A stretch of 64,000 nt of DNA from Deltaproteobacteria bacterium (lineage in GTDB: Bacteria > UBA10199 > JACPAL01 > GCA-016699445). The position numbers were made by a program, and so were the translations under genes. Where the stretch lies: contig CP064976.1 in the NCBI GenBank assembly GCA_016699445.1, forward strand, positions 1,449,125-1,513,124, read 5' to 3'. Positions 53,201-64,000 of this stretch are shown in pieces. A model generated the notes under the pieces. It was not told where the DNA came from, made no database searches, and worked only from the letters and a program-made list of their open reading frames with translations. The stretch's first letter is position 1; every line of letters begins with the position of its first letter.

Positions 53201-55716
53201 TTGCCGCTCCGTGAAGACGACCTAAAATCGGTGACGTTGTGAGATGTCCCACACGCATGCCTAAGATGAAGAGAGCATTGTCCTGCAATGCTTGAGTACT
53301 GTTTAATGTTTCGTTGGTGGCACGGCTCAAATCAAAACGACTGTGGTAGATATCGGAAAAATTACGTTCGGCAAAACCCCATGTTTGAACCGCCGCTAAT
53401 TCAGGGACTATAGCTGCAGTATTTACGGCGGTGCTTGTCAATCCGTCTTGGGCGACGCGCGCGGCTCGAGCTTGGATAAGAGAGATCTCGGTGGCGGATC
53501 GTGTGCTGTTTGCAGCGAAGGTGCCTTCATGAATCAATTGTCGTTCAGCAATACGAGCATAAGCCGTTTGTTGAACCAAACGAAGTGTTTCTCCGATGAA
53601 AACATTGTTTCCAAAATTTCTTATATAATCTTCGCCATACCGTTCCAGATTTTCAGCTCCGGTTTGACTGCTGTCATGCAAGTTGTTCGTGCCCAACAAA
53701 ACATCAGAGGCCGCATAGTGAGCTAGTTGAAAAGCAGGCGTGGTTGCTGCTGTATAAAGAAGTCGGGTGCCTAAGGCAGCTTCTCCAGCTTCGATAGTCA
53801 GAGCTGTTTCGGGTAAGAGGAGAAGGCCTGCGGCATTCATTGTAGCAGCCGCAGCCGCCACAATGCCCAAGCTGAGACCAGCTTGTAAGCGTCCTGTGAA
53901 CACATGATGATCTTGCAGCTCTTGCCCCACTTGAGCTTGTTCGAGTTGAATAAAGTCATGTCGGGCTTGATCGAGACGTCCAGCGTTTAGATCCTCTCCG
54001 ATATTTTCGTAGCGGTGGATCAATTCTTCATACCGACTTGCGAAATCCGAAGTGCCTCCTTGAGCCGCACTTGCCCACGTGTTGATATAATCACCTGTTC
54101 GTATTTGAGGAAGTATCGTGCGATACATTTCGATGCGGCTGCGGATGGATTCTTGTAAAAGGGCTGTATCCATTTGACCCATGATTGATTGGTAATGCTC
54201 GAGTCGCACGCCCACATCAGAAAAATTTCCGTTTTGAGTTTGTACTCGTCTCATCTCGTCAGTGAGTTCAGGATTATTGGCTTCATGAAGCTCAGAATTG
54301 ATTAAAAGCCGCGCTTGCTCTTCGTCGCTACGCAGAGTGAATCTTACGGCCTCTGTGAGATTTTGAAGTATGTGAGGATCGTTGTGAGTCATGGCAACGA
54401 CTCGATTTTGCATCACTGTATTTTCTTGCTGCAGTTGTCGTAATCTTACTTCTTCAGGAGAAGGCTCAATCTCACCATCTATTTCAGAAGAGCCGCGTCC
54501 ACTGCGGACAGGATGAGAATGTTGCCGAAGAGCTTCGAGGCGATTGACCTCTTGAGATATTTCCTGACCACTCACTTGAAGACGTCTTAAAAGATCTTCT
54601 CGAGTTTGTTGCAAAGCAAGGGGTGGGAGACTTTCTGAAGAAGCATTTTCCAAAACTCTCAAACTTTGGTGAAGAGTCTCTATCGATGACAAACTTTCCT
54701 GAAGACGTCGTCGTGCCTGAAATCCTGGATTGTTTTCTAGATCTCGATGTTGAGTTTCTTGAACACGATTAAGAAATTGAAACAATGGATGAGGATGTTC
54801 GCGGTCGAGAGGATTGCCATACGTGTGATGAATGAAGTGAGTCTCTCTTTCTAAATCTTCAAGTCTGACCGTTTCATCTAGAGGATGCTGGTTGTTGATA
54901 TCAGCCACAGCTCCCGACATGGCTCTGGCCATTTCTTGTTCCCGAGGATTGGAAGAGCGAGCAAGCGTTTCGTAGGTTCTGATGATGGGGAGATTGCTTA
55001 TGATATCTGTGGAAGGAAGATAGGGACTTTGTTCTTCACGGACATCATAATACTCTAGATGTATGCCTCGAGAAGAAACAGGGTAATGATCTTGAATGAT
55101 GCCAATCATGCGCTCTCGGTGTGTATGCGCTTGGTAATAATTCCATGTAGTCGTAGCGATGTGTTGTCCATCAGCGGTGTTGCGAGCACGGTGATGAACA
55201 GCCCCCATGAGTAATAGTTCTCTCGCGCTCGACGAGTGTGCGAAATCCTTCAGAACGAATCTGTCCAGCGGCTTTCATGCGGCTTAAGTGTATGGAGAGT
55301 TGTGAGAGCTCTGCTAAACGAGCGTGCTGGCTGAAAGGTCGATCGGGATGACGTGCTTGTTCTCTTTCCATCGTCTCTGTGAGTCGATGAATTTCATTTT
55401 TTATTTGGTCTTCGAGCCGATCGACTTCGGATCGGTTTTGTAAAGAAGCAGCTGTCGTTGAGGGAGATGTTGGAGCCGCAATCGGTACCATGCCCGCCGC
55501 TCCGCGAAAGAGAGGATTAGTGGGGGCTATATTGGTTGTCCCTGGAGAGAGTGAAATGCTTGGAAGCGACAAGCTGAATCCGGGAGTGATAAAATGAGGT
55601 GTCGGTGGTGAAGGCTCCATGCCTCCAGGGCTTGGAGTTTCTGGAGTTTCCGGACGAGAGTGTGGTGTTCGATGGATACTTGGATAGGTAGGTGGTTGTC
55701 GGATGTGCTTCACCAT
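50267..55716 (-). CDS. Giant (~1,815 aa) Pro-rich / coiled-coil protein with central bilobed hydrophobic domain; reconstructed across two homopolymer frameshifts (~55200 G5 run; ~51480 A4 run)
   Basis: Listed ORFs 55171..55716, 51318..55208 and 50267..51355 are consecutive with overlapping ends. Removing one G at the catGGGGGctg run gives ...ERTITHGAVHHRARN. Removing one A at ttcAAAAcacc gives ...PVMRRPDSNTTTSTLTTQGPR... The N-terminus is PT/SP-rich. The centre has two hydrophobic helices ~50 aa apart (GLSLGIVAAAAATMNAAGLLLL ... ALGTRLLYTAATTPAF). Confidence 0.5.
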
Positions 55717-55874
55717 AAACGTCTAAACGGCACTTTCAGACGTTATCTTGAGCAATACCAATGCCTGGCATAATGCCAAAAAAGGCAATCTAATCAGTGA
55801 TTTTCGATCAAAGTGAGAATATTAAAGATAATTATTCTCATTATGAGAATAAGTGAGGTCTGCCAGTTGCACTA

Positions 55875-57833
55875 TTAGCCGATCAGATCTGTAATTTCGG
55901 AAAGGATTGTGTTCAGTTCAAAATCCTTCGGTGTGTAGACGCGTTTGACACCCATTTGAAGAAGGCCGGGTTTGTCGGCTTCTGGGATGATGCCTCCCAC
56001 AACCACTGGAATATTGTCCAAGCCCGCTTTTTTCATGCGAGCCATGATGTCTGCGAGAAGCTCATTATGAGAGCCCGATAAAATAGAGAGTCCGACAACA
56101 TGAGCACCTTCATCACGAGCGGCAGAGACGATTTGTTCAGGAGTGAGACGGATACCTTGATAAATCACTTCAAAACCCGCATCGCGTGAACGAACGGCGA
56201 TTTGTTCGGCACCATTGGAGTGTCCATCAAGTCCAGGTTTCCCAACGAGCATGCGGATGCGTCCGCCGATTTTTTGGCTTTTAGCTTCTACTTTAGCTCG
56301 AAGGTTTTTGAACACTTCTGCATCTGGATCTGCTGATTGTTGAGCCGCGACTCCCGTAGGGCCACGGTATTCTCCAAAAACTTCCCGCAAGGCGAATGAC
56401 CATTCACCTGTCGTCACGCCAGCATGAGCACATGCGATCGACGCAGGCATAATATTCTTATTATTTTTAGCCGCCATCATGAGATCCTCGAGAGATTTTT
56501 TGACAGCGGATTCATCACGTTTATTTCTAAAGTCATTCAATCGAGCGATCTGATCTTTTTCGGCTTGAGGATCGACTTTCAAAATTCCACCATCAGAACC
56601 CACGGTGAGGGGTGACGTCTCTGTTTCTGGAAAACAATTCACTCCCACAACTTTAAGTTCTCCCTTTTCAATTCTTCGAATACGATCTGCATGGGAGGCG
56701 ACAAGTGATTGCTTCATGTAATCAATCGACTTCATAGCGCCACCCAGAGACGCAATTTTTTCCATTTCTTTTTTGGCGCCAGCGATAAGATCATTCACTT
56801 TAGCTTCAATGACATTTGATCCGTTGAAAATATCTTCATATTCCAAAAGATCCGTTTCATAAGCCAAAATCTGCTGCATCCGAAGGGCGAGTTGTTGATC
56901 CCAAGGACGTGGAAGGCCTAAAGCTTCATTCCATGCGGGAAGTTGAATCGCACGGGCACGTGCATCTTTGGAAAGAGTGACGGCAATCATTTCATAAATG
57001 ATACGAGCAATATTATTTTCAGGCTGACGTTCGGTAAGTCCTAGAGAATTAACCTGCACACCATAGCGGAGCATGCGGTATTTCGGATCTGTGACCCCAT
57101 AACGTGTGAGCGTGAGTTCATCCCACATTTTGACAAGAGCACGCATCTTGCACATTTCTTCAATGAAACGAACTCCGGCATTCACAAAAAACGAAATACG
57201 ACCGACGACTTTGGGAAAATGTTCTGGAGACACTTTTCCAGAATCGCGCACGGCATCTAAAACAGAAATGGCATTAGAGAGAGCAAAAGCAATTTCCTGC
57301 ACGGGTGTCGCCCCGGCTTCTTGAAGATGATAGCTGCAAATATTGATGGGATTCCATTTAGGAACTTGATTGACGGTAAAAGCAATCATGTCGACGATGA
57401 GTCTTAAGGAATGCTCGGGAGGAAAAACATAAGTGCCGCGAGAAAGATATTCTTTAATGATATCGTTTTGAGTCGTGCCTTGTAGAGCTTTAACATCACC
57501 ACCTTGTTTCTCAGTAGTCGCAATATACAAAGCCAAGAGCCAAGCGGCTGTGGCATTGATCGTCATCGATGTGTTCATTTTTTCTAAAGGAATACCATCA
57601 AAGAGCGTCATCATGTCCCCAATGTGTGAAATAGGCACGCCTACTTTTCCGACTTCACCGTGAGACAGTACATGATCCGAATCGTAACCCGTTTGTGTGG
57701 GAAGATCGAAGGCGACCGAGAGGCCTGTCTGTCCTTTGGAGAGATTGGTTTTATAGAGATGGTTGGAGGCTTGAGCGGAACTATGTCCCGAATAGGTGCG
57801 CATCAACCAGGGATTTTCACGTTTTGTCGTCAT
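55875..57833 (-). CDS. Coenzyme B12-dependent acyl-CoA mutase, single-chain (methylmalonyl-/ethylmalonyl-CoA mutase family)
   Basis: N-terminal mutase TIM barrel (YSGHSSAQASNHLYKTNLSKGQTGLSVAFDLPTQTGYDSDH) plus a C-terminal B12-binding domain (GKPGLDGHSNGAEQIAVRSRDAGFEVIYQG...VVGLSILSGSH). Confidence 0.9.
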   Translation of the reverse strand: MTTKRENPWLMRTYSGHSSAQASNHLYKTNLSKGQTGLSVAFDLPTQTGYDSDHVLSHGEVGKVGVPISHIGDMMTLFDGIPLEKMNTSMTINATAAWLLALYIATTEKQGGDVKALQGTTQNDIIKEYLSRGTYVFPPEHSLRLIVDMIAFTVNQVPKWNPINICSYHLQEAGATPVQEIAFALSNAISVLDAVRDSGKVSPEHFPKVVGRISFFVNAGVRFIEEMCKMRALVKMWDELTLTRYGVTDPKYRMLRYGVQVNSLGLTERQPENNIARIIYEMIAVTLSKDARARAIQLPAWNEALGLPRPWDQQLALRMQQILAYETDLLEYEDIFNGSNVIEAKVNDLIAGAKKEMEKIASLGGAMKSIDYMKQSLVASHADRIRRIEKGELKVVGVNCFPETETSPLTVGSDGGILKVDPQAEKDQIARLNDFRNKRDESAVKKSLEDLMMAAKNNKNIMPASIACAHAGVTTGEWSFALREVFGEYRGPTGVAAQQSADPDAEVFKNLRAKVEAKSQKIGGRIRMLVGKPGLDGHSNGAEQIAVRSRDAGFEVIYQGIRLTPEQIVSAARDEGAHVVGLSILSGSHNELLADIMARMKKAGLDNIPVVVGGIIPEADKPGLLQMGVKRVYTPKDFELNTILSEITDLIG

Positions 57834-57884
57834 CGTGCCTGCTTAAAAAAACAATTTAAGAGGGTCAAGGAATTGAAAAAGATG

Positions 57885-59965
57885 TTACGTTGTGGGTTCG
57901 CCTGAAATGGGCTCTTCTGGTTTAGGAGCTTCAGGAGTCGGTGTTTCAGGAGCCGGACTCGATGTTTCTGCAGCTGCTTCTGAGGGGGGTTCGGGTTTTG
58001 TTTCTAAAGGTATTTCTTGAACCTGTTCAGGTGTTTCTGGGGCCGGTTGAGAAAGGAGTGCTTCCATTGATTTGTCAACAAGGGCTGGAATAAAAACTGT
58101 AAAAGTTGTTCCTTTGTTAAGTTCAGAATTCACCAGAATAATACCTTTGTGATCGGCTACGATGGCGTGAAGAGTAAATAGCTTAATTTCTTCTCCTGTA
58201 TCCACTTGAGAGCTTTTGGCTTGAGAGGAAGAATCAAACATCTTGTTTAGGACTTCTTCCGAAATACCAGTGCCCGTATCTGAAACGACAATTTTTACAT
58301 AAAACCCTTTTGTCAACTGAGGTACTTCCGTTTCAGTATTTTTAGATTCTTGATGGTTGGTTGCGATGAGAGACAATTTGCCACCTGACGGCATAGCATC
58401 TCGTGCATTAAACGCCAAATTCATGATGACCTTTTCAAGATGAGAGGCCACACCCATGATGGGAAAAAGTTGTGGGTCTAATTCTAGGCTGAGAACTACT
58501 TTGTCCGTGAGAATTTGGGAAAGTGCTTGATGTGTTTTGGTGATTATTTCTGAAAGATTAATTTTTGATTTTTCAGGAACGGCTGTTTTTGAGAGAAGTA
58601 AAAGTTGATTAATAACCTGTGAGGCTCTTTCAGCAGATTTTTTTACTACTTCCATTTTTTTAAACTCTCCGGGTAGTTCGGTGAGTTTTCCTAAAAGTAA
58701 ATTGGAATATGCTAATATAGGAGTGATGTGACTTTGAAAGTCATTGGCTGTTTGCTGGATGACCTTATTCATAAAATCTGATTTTTGTGTTTGAAATAAT
58801 TGCCTCTGAGAAGCTTCAAGTGCGGATCTCATTTGAGCCAAAAGATTCAAGGCTCGTGTGCGACTGTACATCAAAGACCACACAAAAGTAGCCAGTGACA
58901 GGCTCAGTAAAGTCCCGATCATCCAAATCCAACGAGAGTTGAGTTTGATTGATTTGTAAATACTGGATTCCAGCCAAACAGATTCTGGTATGGCTGTGAT
59001 CACACGCCATTTGCCTTCATCTTTAATATCCAGAGGAACGGATTTTATATAGGCATAACCTGGAAGATTTTCTTCCTCTAGGAGAGTTGATAAATCATCA
59101 TGTATTTTCTGAGGTGTATCCGGGTGAGAGAGTGTGAAGCCATGGTTGGAATTCAGGATAAAGTAAGGATACTCAAGAAGTTTGGATAAGACCGATGTTC
59201 TTAAAACAGCTGTGATCATGCCTCGAAGAACCCCATTGCTTCCATAAAAAGGGACGGAATAGATGACTCCTTGGCGAGGATTGTCATTTTTCTTTTCAAT
59301 ATCGAGAGCTGTCATTTCAGAATTGTCACAAGTAATGATTTCCTGACTGACCAGAGCAGGGAAATTTAAATTAGTGAAGTTATCAACATTGCCAAAATAG
59401 CGGTGAAAATATTCCAGCTGTTTTTTCATCTCTTGATATTCAAAGTGCTCGACTTCTTCCAGATTGATTTTATCCTTTTCAGTATCTCCAGTTTTGCCTG
59501 AAATAAAATTATCAAAGCTTTTGATAGGGGCTTCTGGTTTTCCTGTATTGGGATCTATCCTGTCTGGATCTAAACTTTCTGGAACGATATAAATTTCGGA
59601 AACAGAAATGGAAGAGAAGAGATTGTTATAAATTTCCTGAACGGTGATTTCAGAATCATTAAAATTAGTTCCATACCGATCAACCTGTTGAACTCCAGGA
59701 AGCAGAGCAATGGTTCTCAGCGAGTTGTAAATAATATTGAGGTGAGTATGAATAATTTCTTCATTTTTCCCCAATCGTTGAGCCCAATCTTTTTGAAATA
59801 AAAGAAGGCCATACTCGATATCTTTTTACTCATTTTTGTGATGACCCACTGGGTAGTGAAGAGTCCACAAGTAAAAGCTATCAGGGCGACAATGAAAACA
59901 TTTCGAAAGCTGCTAAAAAAACCTTTTTTACTTTTTTCTACGTCTCTTTGAGATTTTTTGGGCAT
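57885..59965 (-). CDS. Sensor histidine kinase with periplasmic sensing domain and Pro/Glu-rich C-terminal tail; 1-nt frameshift near ~59790 (A5 versus A6)
   Basis: ORF 59717..59965 encodes the cytoplasmic N-terminus and TM1 (VFIVALIAFTCGLFTTQWVI). The main ORF has TM2, a DHp region (FQSHITPILAYSNLL) and HATPase_c (LAFNARDAMPSGGKLSL, SDTGTGIS, G-box GTTF). Adding one A to the AAAAAG run joins the frames (FYFKKDWAQRLGKNEE). Confidence 0.8.
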
Positions 59966-60042
59966 GTGTCCGCTTTCAGTTGCGAAACGCCTATTTTATC
60001 TAAAATGGAGCCTTTTCCAAGATGATTCTTGCTTGGGGATTT

Positions 60043-60993
60043 TTATTTGGAAGGAACAAAAGAGACGAGGGAGGTTGTTGTGCTGATGAGCTTTCTGAGA
60101 GCTTTTTCGCTTTCAAGGGAGTTCTCTGATTTAGATTCAATGAGTGCCACAGCGGTAATTATTTTAAACACTTGTTCGAGAAAAGCGATTGGAGAATTGC
60201 ATGCGTGAAAACTTATGCTGTGATCTGTCAGAATAATTTGGCTTTCTGCATTCAGAGTATTTTTATCAAAGAAGTCATCCGAATCAAGATCCGTAGAGAG
60301 GGTTTTAAAGCTAACTTTTCCTTTGGTTGTAGCATAGGCTAACAAATGAAGGTATTCAGCTGTTTCTCTAAATAAACGTGCGAGCTCTCTGCCCACCCTT
60401 CTTTCAAGAATGGAGAAGTAAGGATAAAATGCCTGAATAGTCTTGATATCACTTTCCCAATCCATTTTTTGATGGCGTGCAGATTCATTTTTTTGCAGGT
60501 TGGGAGTGGTTCGGGCTATTGGAGATGTTGTCTGAAGAAATGAAAGAATTTTTTTAATCAGGATATTCTGTGCTATATAAACTCTTTGAGTTGAAATTCC
60601 TAAAATATCAGCAATGTCTGGGCATTTCAGATCCCCATGTCGTGTATGTCTTGGAAATACTTCGAGGCCTCCAATCATGATGGCCCCTTCTCCATAAAGC
60701 ATCTGCATCACAACTCTTTGGGAAATGGTCAGTGTTTCACAAAAAGCATCCCATGGTTTTTGATCATGAGGAACGGCTGCAAATATTCCAGAAGTGTGGT
60801 CTGAAGAATGTCTATCAGACCAATAAGGAGCTGCTATGGAAAGTGGTTGGTTTTGATTCCGTATAAAAATCAAAGCGGCAGCAACGGTTTCAGGTTTGGG
60901 ACGTGTTGCCGCAAATCCTGCCTGGATGTCAGATGGCAATGCCTCCATCAAAGGTCTATGAATCTCTGAAATAGGAGCTAAAGGTAAAACCAT
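60043..60993 (-). CDS. Hypothetical protein with sigma-70 region-4-like helix-turn-helix
   Basis: DLKCPDIADILGISTQRVYIAQNILIKKI resembles an ECF/sigma-70 region-4 HTH. Rest unknown. Adjacent to the histidine kinase. Confidence 0.4.
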   Translation of the reverse strand: MVLPLAPISEIHRPLMEALPSDIQAGFAATRPKPETVAAALIFIRNQNQPLSIAAPYWSDRHSSDHTSGIFAAVPHDQKPWDAFCETLTISQRVVMQMLYGEGAIMIGGLEVFPRHTRHGDLKCPDIADILGISTQRVYIAQNILIKKILSFLQTTSPIARTTPNLQKNESARHQKMDWESDIKTIQAFYPYFSILERRVGRELARLFRETAEYLHLLAYATTKGKVSFKTLSTDLDSDDFFDKNTLNAESQIILTDHSISFHACNSPIAFLEQVFKIITAVALIESKSENSLESEKALRKLISTTTSLVSFVPSK

Positions 60994-61107
60994 AGCACTT
61001 TATCGAACCCCCCTTCGAAAAGTTGCCTAGTTAGACGTCTTTTTACTGAAAACTAGTAATGCGCTGCGTTGTTGGTCGCGAAACCCGAACAAAAGAGCGA
61101 AAGCGGC

Positions 61108-62286
61108 TTATGCCCGTTTTTTAATTAAAAGTCTTCTTTCAATTTCAAAAATCTTTTCGGGAATTTTTTCCTTACCAAGATCCTTCTTATCGTTTTCTTT
61201 AATGAAGAGATCTGCTCCAAATTTTTCCATGGCTTCTTTAGGCCGGATGTTTTTGATTCCGATTAATTGCATGGTGACGATGCCGGCATTGAGTCCTGTC
61301 GTACCTTCTTCTTTAGAAATAACTCGAGAGATGGCATAAACCGTGTCATTCGCGAAGGCTGGTTGTGTGTGATAGCCTTCTGTATAACCAAAATCCCATA
61401 AAGCATTTTCACTCACATCACGCGACGCCAAGCCTGCAAGCCACGCAAAAACCAACCCTCCATAGACAATGGGTTCGCCACTCATGGGGCCTTGTCGGCC
61501 TGTGGAATAAAGACGGTCAAAGTGAAGTGGATGCGTATTCATGACCCGGTATGTCCAAGCCATATGTTCGTGAGTGATCGTACGACCATTGGGATGCACA
61601 ATGATATCGCCGACATTCAAATCTTCAAAATAGCTTCTGACCCCAGTGAGATTGGCTGGAAACTTTCCACTGCTGACAGGGATATCCAGAGAGATCGCTT
61701 CTCCTTCAGGCACTTGAGGGAAAGGCTGTCCGCTGATGGTCGACGCTTCGCTGGGTTTTCCTGCGGGAGCCACCATGATTTTGCGATCATATTGGAGCAC
61801 CAATTCTTCTTTTTGATTTAAAGCAATCGTGCGGATCGTGACGATTCCAGGTTTTCCTTCTTTTTGCTGACGCTTCAAGACTTTGGTCAATGCGCGCAAC
61901 GTGTCGCCGGGATAAACGGTTTTTAAAAAGTGAACATCATAATAACCCAGATTGGCGATCGCTTTTTCAGAATCGTTTTGAACCCCTAAAGAAAGCGCAA
62001 TATTCATGACCATCAGAGGAGAGACAACGACATCGCTAAATCCATGGGCTTTAGCGAATTCAGCATTGAGATAAAGGGGGTTGGATTCCATGAAGTTGGT
62101 CGCAAACTCGATCGCAAAAGCCCGATCAATGGTCACGCCACGAGGATGACAAAAAACTTCCCCTTCATTAAAGTCTTCCAACACACGACCATATTGAGGG
62201 TATTTGACTTTATCGAGAGTGACAGCGGCTTCTTTTGATTTTTCGACAATTTTCTTGTCGATCGTGATAGTTTTGAGGGCGGACAT
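61108..62286 (-). CDS. Double hot-dog MaoC-family (R)-specific enoyl-CoA hydratase (mesaconyl-CoA hydratase-like)
   Basis: Two MaoC-like domains in one chain ([21 protein letters not shown]... and [22 protein letters not shown]...). Start set at MSALK (ATG 62286) with an AAAGGAGA RBS. Confidence 0.65.
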   Translation of the reverse strand: MSALKTITIDKKIVEKSKEAAVTLDKVKYPQYGRVLEDFNEGEVFCHPRGVTIDRAFAIEFATNFMESNPLYLNAEFAKAHGFSDVVVSPLMVMNIALSLGVQNDSEKAIANLGYYDVHFLKTVYPGDTLRALTKVLKRQQKEGKPGIVTIRTIALNQKEELVLQYDRKIMVAPAGKPSEASTISGQPFPQVPEGEAISLDIPVSSGKFPANLTGVRSYFEDLNVGDIIVHPNGRTITHEHMAWTYRVMNTHPLHFDRLYSTGRQGPMSGEPIVYGGLVFAWLAGLASRDVSENALWDFGYTEGYHTQPAFANDTVYAISRVISKEEGTTGLNAGIVTMQLIGIKNIRPKEAMEKFGADLFIKENDKKDLGKEKIPEKIFEIERRLLIKKRA

Positions 62287-62374
62287 AGAGTTTCTCCTTT
62301 TGAATAAGAAAGCCTCACTAAAAATTTCACGTTTGAGACGCAACTTTTTTTCAGGATCGGCGAAGGATTTCATT

Positions 62375-63349
62375 ATGCAAGTTAGCCCTGCCATCCCCAT
62401 GGCCACATTTGAACATTTGCCAGCTGATACCCAGTGCCCACTGGTTAAGGTAGGCTTTTCAGCTCGGGCTTTGTTTGATCTTGAAAAAACTCCAGGTCAA
62501 AGCTTGGAAGTCTGGTTGAAGGAACAGCGTGGTAAGGCCAAAGAACCATTAAAACCCGCATCAGGGATGCCTCTTTTTAGAAAGTTGTTGGCTCTCAATC
62601 GGCTTTGTCCTGATGATAAAACTTTGGTGGGGGTTCATGTGTTTAGTAAGCTCACTCCAGAATTTGCCGGTCGATTTCATGATTCATTAGATAGTTTACA
62701 GCTAAATACTGATTGTGAACGGTCTCACGTATCATTTTCTTATTTGAATGGAGCAAGCCCTCTTCCATTTCTACAGGCAATGGGGATCAATCTATATTTA
62801 TCGGCCAATCAATCACTGGTTGAACAAGCCCTGGCAGCAGGAATTGGGGCGGCTGTTTTACAGACAGAAGTCGATCCTGATCATCAGGCTCTTAATGGTA
62901 ATTCACCACTCAAAATAGCTCTGGATGGGGATTCATGTATTTTTGATGATGAAGCCGACAAACTTTATAAGTCTGGCGGATTAACTGCAGTATGGCAAAG
63001 CGATGCTGAAAAAAGAGATAAAGCTCTTGGGCAAGGTCCACTCCACAAGTTTCTTGTAGGTATAAATAATGTCAGGCGTTGTTTCCCACGAGAGATCGCA
63101 CAAAGCCCTCTTTTACTCTACTTGGTAACAGCTCGAGGATTTAATAATAAACCACGTGTATTTAGTACAATGAATGATCTTGAACTCGCATTTGATGGGG
63201 CTCACTTTTTAAGTGGAGAATCAAAAGAGCCTGTTTTGAGAGGCATCGCTCCTCATCTTTTCTCGATGATAGCAAAAAGAATATTGGAGCTGCAGTATCA
63301 GCAAGCATTCCTGCAGGTCATGTTCCTTGGGGGGCCGGTATGGCATTAG
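62375..63349 (+). CDS. HAD-like 5'-nucleotidase of the cN-IA type (pfam06189-like)
   Basis: [23 protein letters not shown] matches the DGDxxxFxDEA catalytic motif of cN-I-type nucleotidases. Start set at MQVSPAIP (62375). Confidence 0.5.
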   Translation: MQVSPAIPMATFEHLPADTQCPLVKVGFSARALFDLEKTPGQSLEVWLKEQRGKAKEPLKPASGMPLFRKLLALNRLCPDDKTLVGVHVFSKLTPEFAGRFHDSLDSLQLNTDCERSHVSFSYLNGASPLPFLQAMGINLYLSANQSLVEQALAAGIGAAVLQTEVDPDHQALNGNSPLKIALDGDSCIFDDEADKLYKSGGLTAVWQSDAEKRDKALGQGPLHKFLVGINNVRRCFPREIAQSPLLLYLVTARGFNNKPRVFSTMNDLELAFDGAHFLSGESKEPVLRGIAPHLFSMIAKRILELQYQQAFLQVMFLGGPVWH

Positions 63350-63415
63350 GTACTAAATAAGAATAGGCTTTGATTGTTCTTGTGACTCTCTCAGAGACCC
63401 ATTAGTCCGTTTTTC

Positions 63416-64000
63416 GTGAAGTCCATTCTCCATTCAGTTTTCGCATTAGAAAATTTTCGTCACGGGCAGGAAGAGATTGTTCAAGCCGTTGTGGCAGGTC
63501 GGGATATTTTGGCTGTGATGGCGACCGGATCGGGGAAATCTTTGTGTTATCAATTGCCAGCTGTTGCGAATTCAAAACGTTGTTTGGTTGTCTCACCTTT
63601 AATCAGTTTGATGGATGATCAAGTAGCTAAGCTTAATTTGTTAAAAATTCCTGCCGTCGCGACGCATTCAGGAAATAAAAACAAAAGTGATTGGGAAAAC
63701 GATGACCGATCTCAAGCATTGAGCGATTGGGCTCAGAAAAAATTAAATCTTCTCTATGTCTCTCCAGAACGTATTGCGAAGCCTGAGTTTTTTTCATTCC
63801 TCAAAAATAATCCTCCTGATTTTGTCGCCATTGATGAGGCTCACTGTATTGCCCAATGGGGACATGATTTTAGGGAAGAATATCGTTTGTTGGGTCGATT
63901 AAAAAAGGAATTAGCCTGCTCGGTCATTGCCTTAACAGCAACAGCGACTCCCGAAGTACAAAAAGAAATCGTTGAATCTCTTTATCTGTCATCGCCACTC
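63416..64000 (+). CDS. recQ: RecQ-family ATP-dependent DNA helicase, 5' portion (continues beyond window); GTG start
   Basis: FRHGQEEIVQAVVAGRDILAVMATGSGKSLCYQLPA (motif I), VSPLISLMDDQ, LLYVSPER, AIDEAHCIAQWGHDFR (DEAH), TATATPEV (motif III). Not in the supplied ORF track because it lacks an ATG and has no stop in-window. Confidence 0.75.
   Translation, partial: MKSILHSVFALENFRHGQEEIVQAVVAGRDILAVMATGSGKSLCYQLPAVANSKRCLVVSPLISLMDDQVAKLNLLKIPAVATHSGNKNKSDWENDDRSQALSDWAQKKLNLLYVSPERIAKPEFFSFLKNNPPDFVAIDEAHCIAQWGHDFREEYRLLGRLKKELACSVIALTATATPEVQKEIVESLYLSSPL

Noticed and set aside
63402-63596. 64 aa minus-strand ORF
   Set aside because: Antisense to the well-supported RecQ N-terminus (motif I region).

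Overview
This is a moderately AT-rich (roughly 40-45% GC by eye) chromosomal segment from a Gram-negative bacterium. The gene content looks Proteobacteria-like; I cannot place it more precisely without searches.

Most of the window is housekeeping:
- DEAD-box RNA helicase, HtpX, an RluA-family pseudouridine synthase, FKBP, and a gap-pgk-tpiA-secG operon.
- def-priA, serS, psd, bcp, aat, PBP1A (mrcA-like) and the 5' end of recQ.
- A complete nitrogen-assimilation block: a porin, then amt-glnK, amt-glnK and glnA, with a recognisable sigma-54 promoter in front.
- Five tRNA genes: Asn-GTT, Leu-GAG, Pro-CGG, Ser-TGA and Ser-GCT.

Accessory content:
- A Phd/VapC toxin-antitoxin pair.
- A secreted beta-helix protein with a long Gly/Ser stalk, and an AAA ATPase.
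- Two tRNA-flanked orphan genes.
- An effector-like locus at 47.5-55.7 kb: two tandem paralogous proteins carrying a zincin-like HExxH module, then a giant (~1,800 aa) Pro-rich protein with a central bilobed hydrophobic segment and visibly higher GC.

At least ten genes, including essential pgk and mrcA, are interrupted by single-nucleotide indels at homopolymer runs. This points to systematic sequencing error rather than true pseudogenes, so several frameshifted genes are listed as single CDS spanning the break.

No CRISPR array, rRNA or clear transposase was seen.
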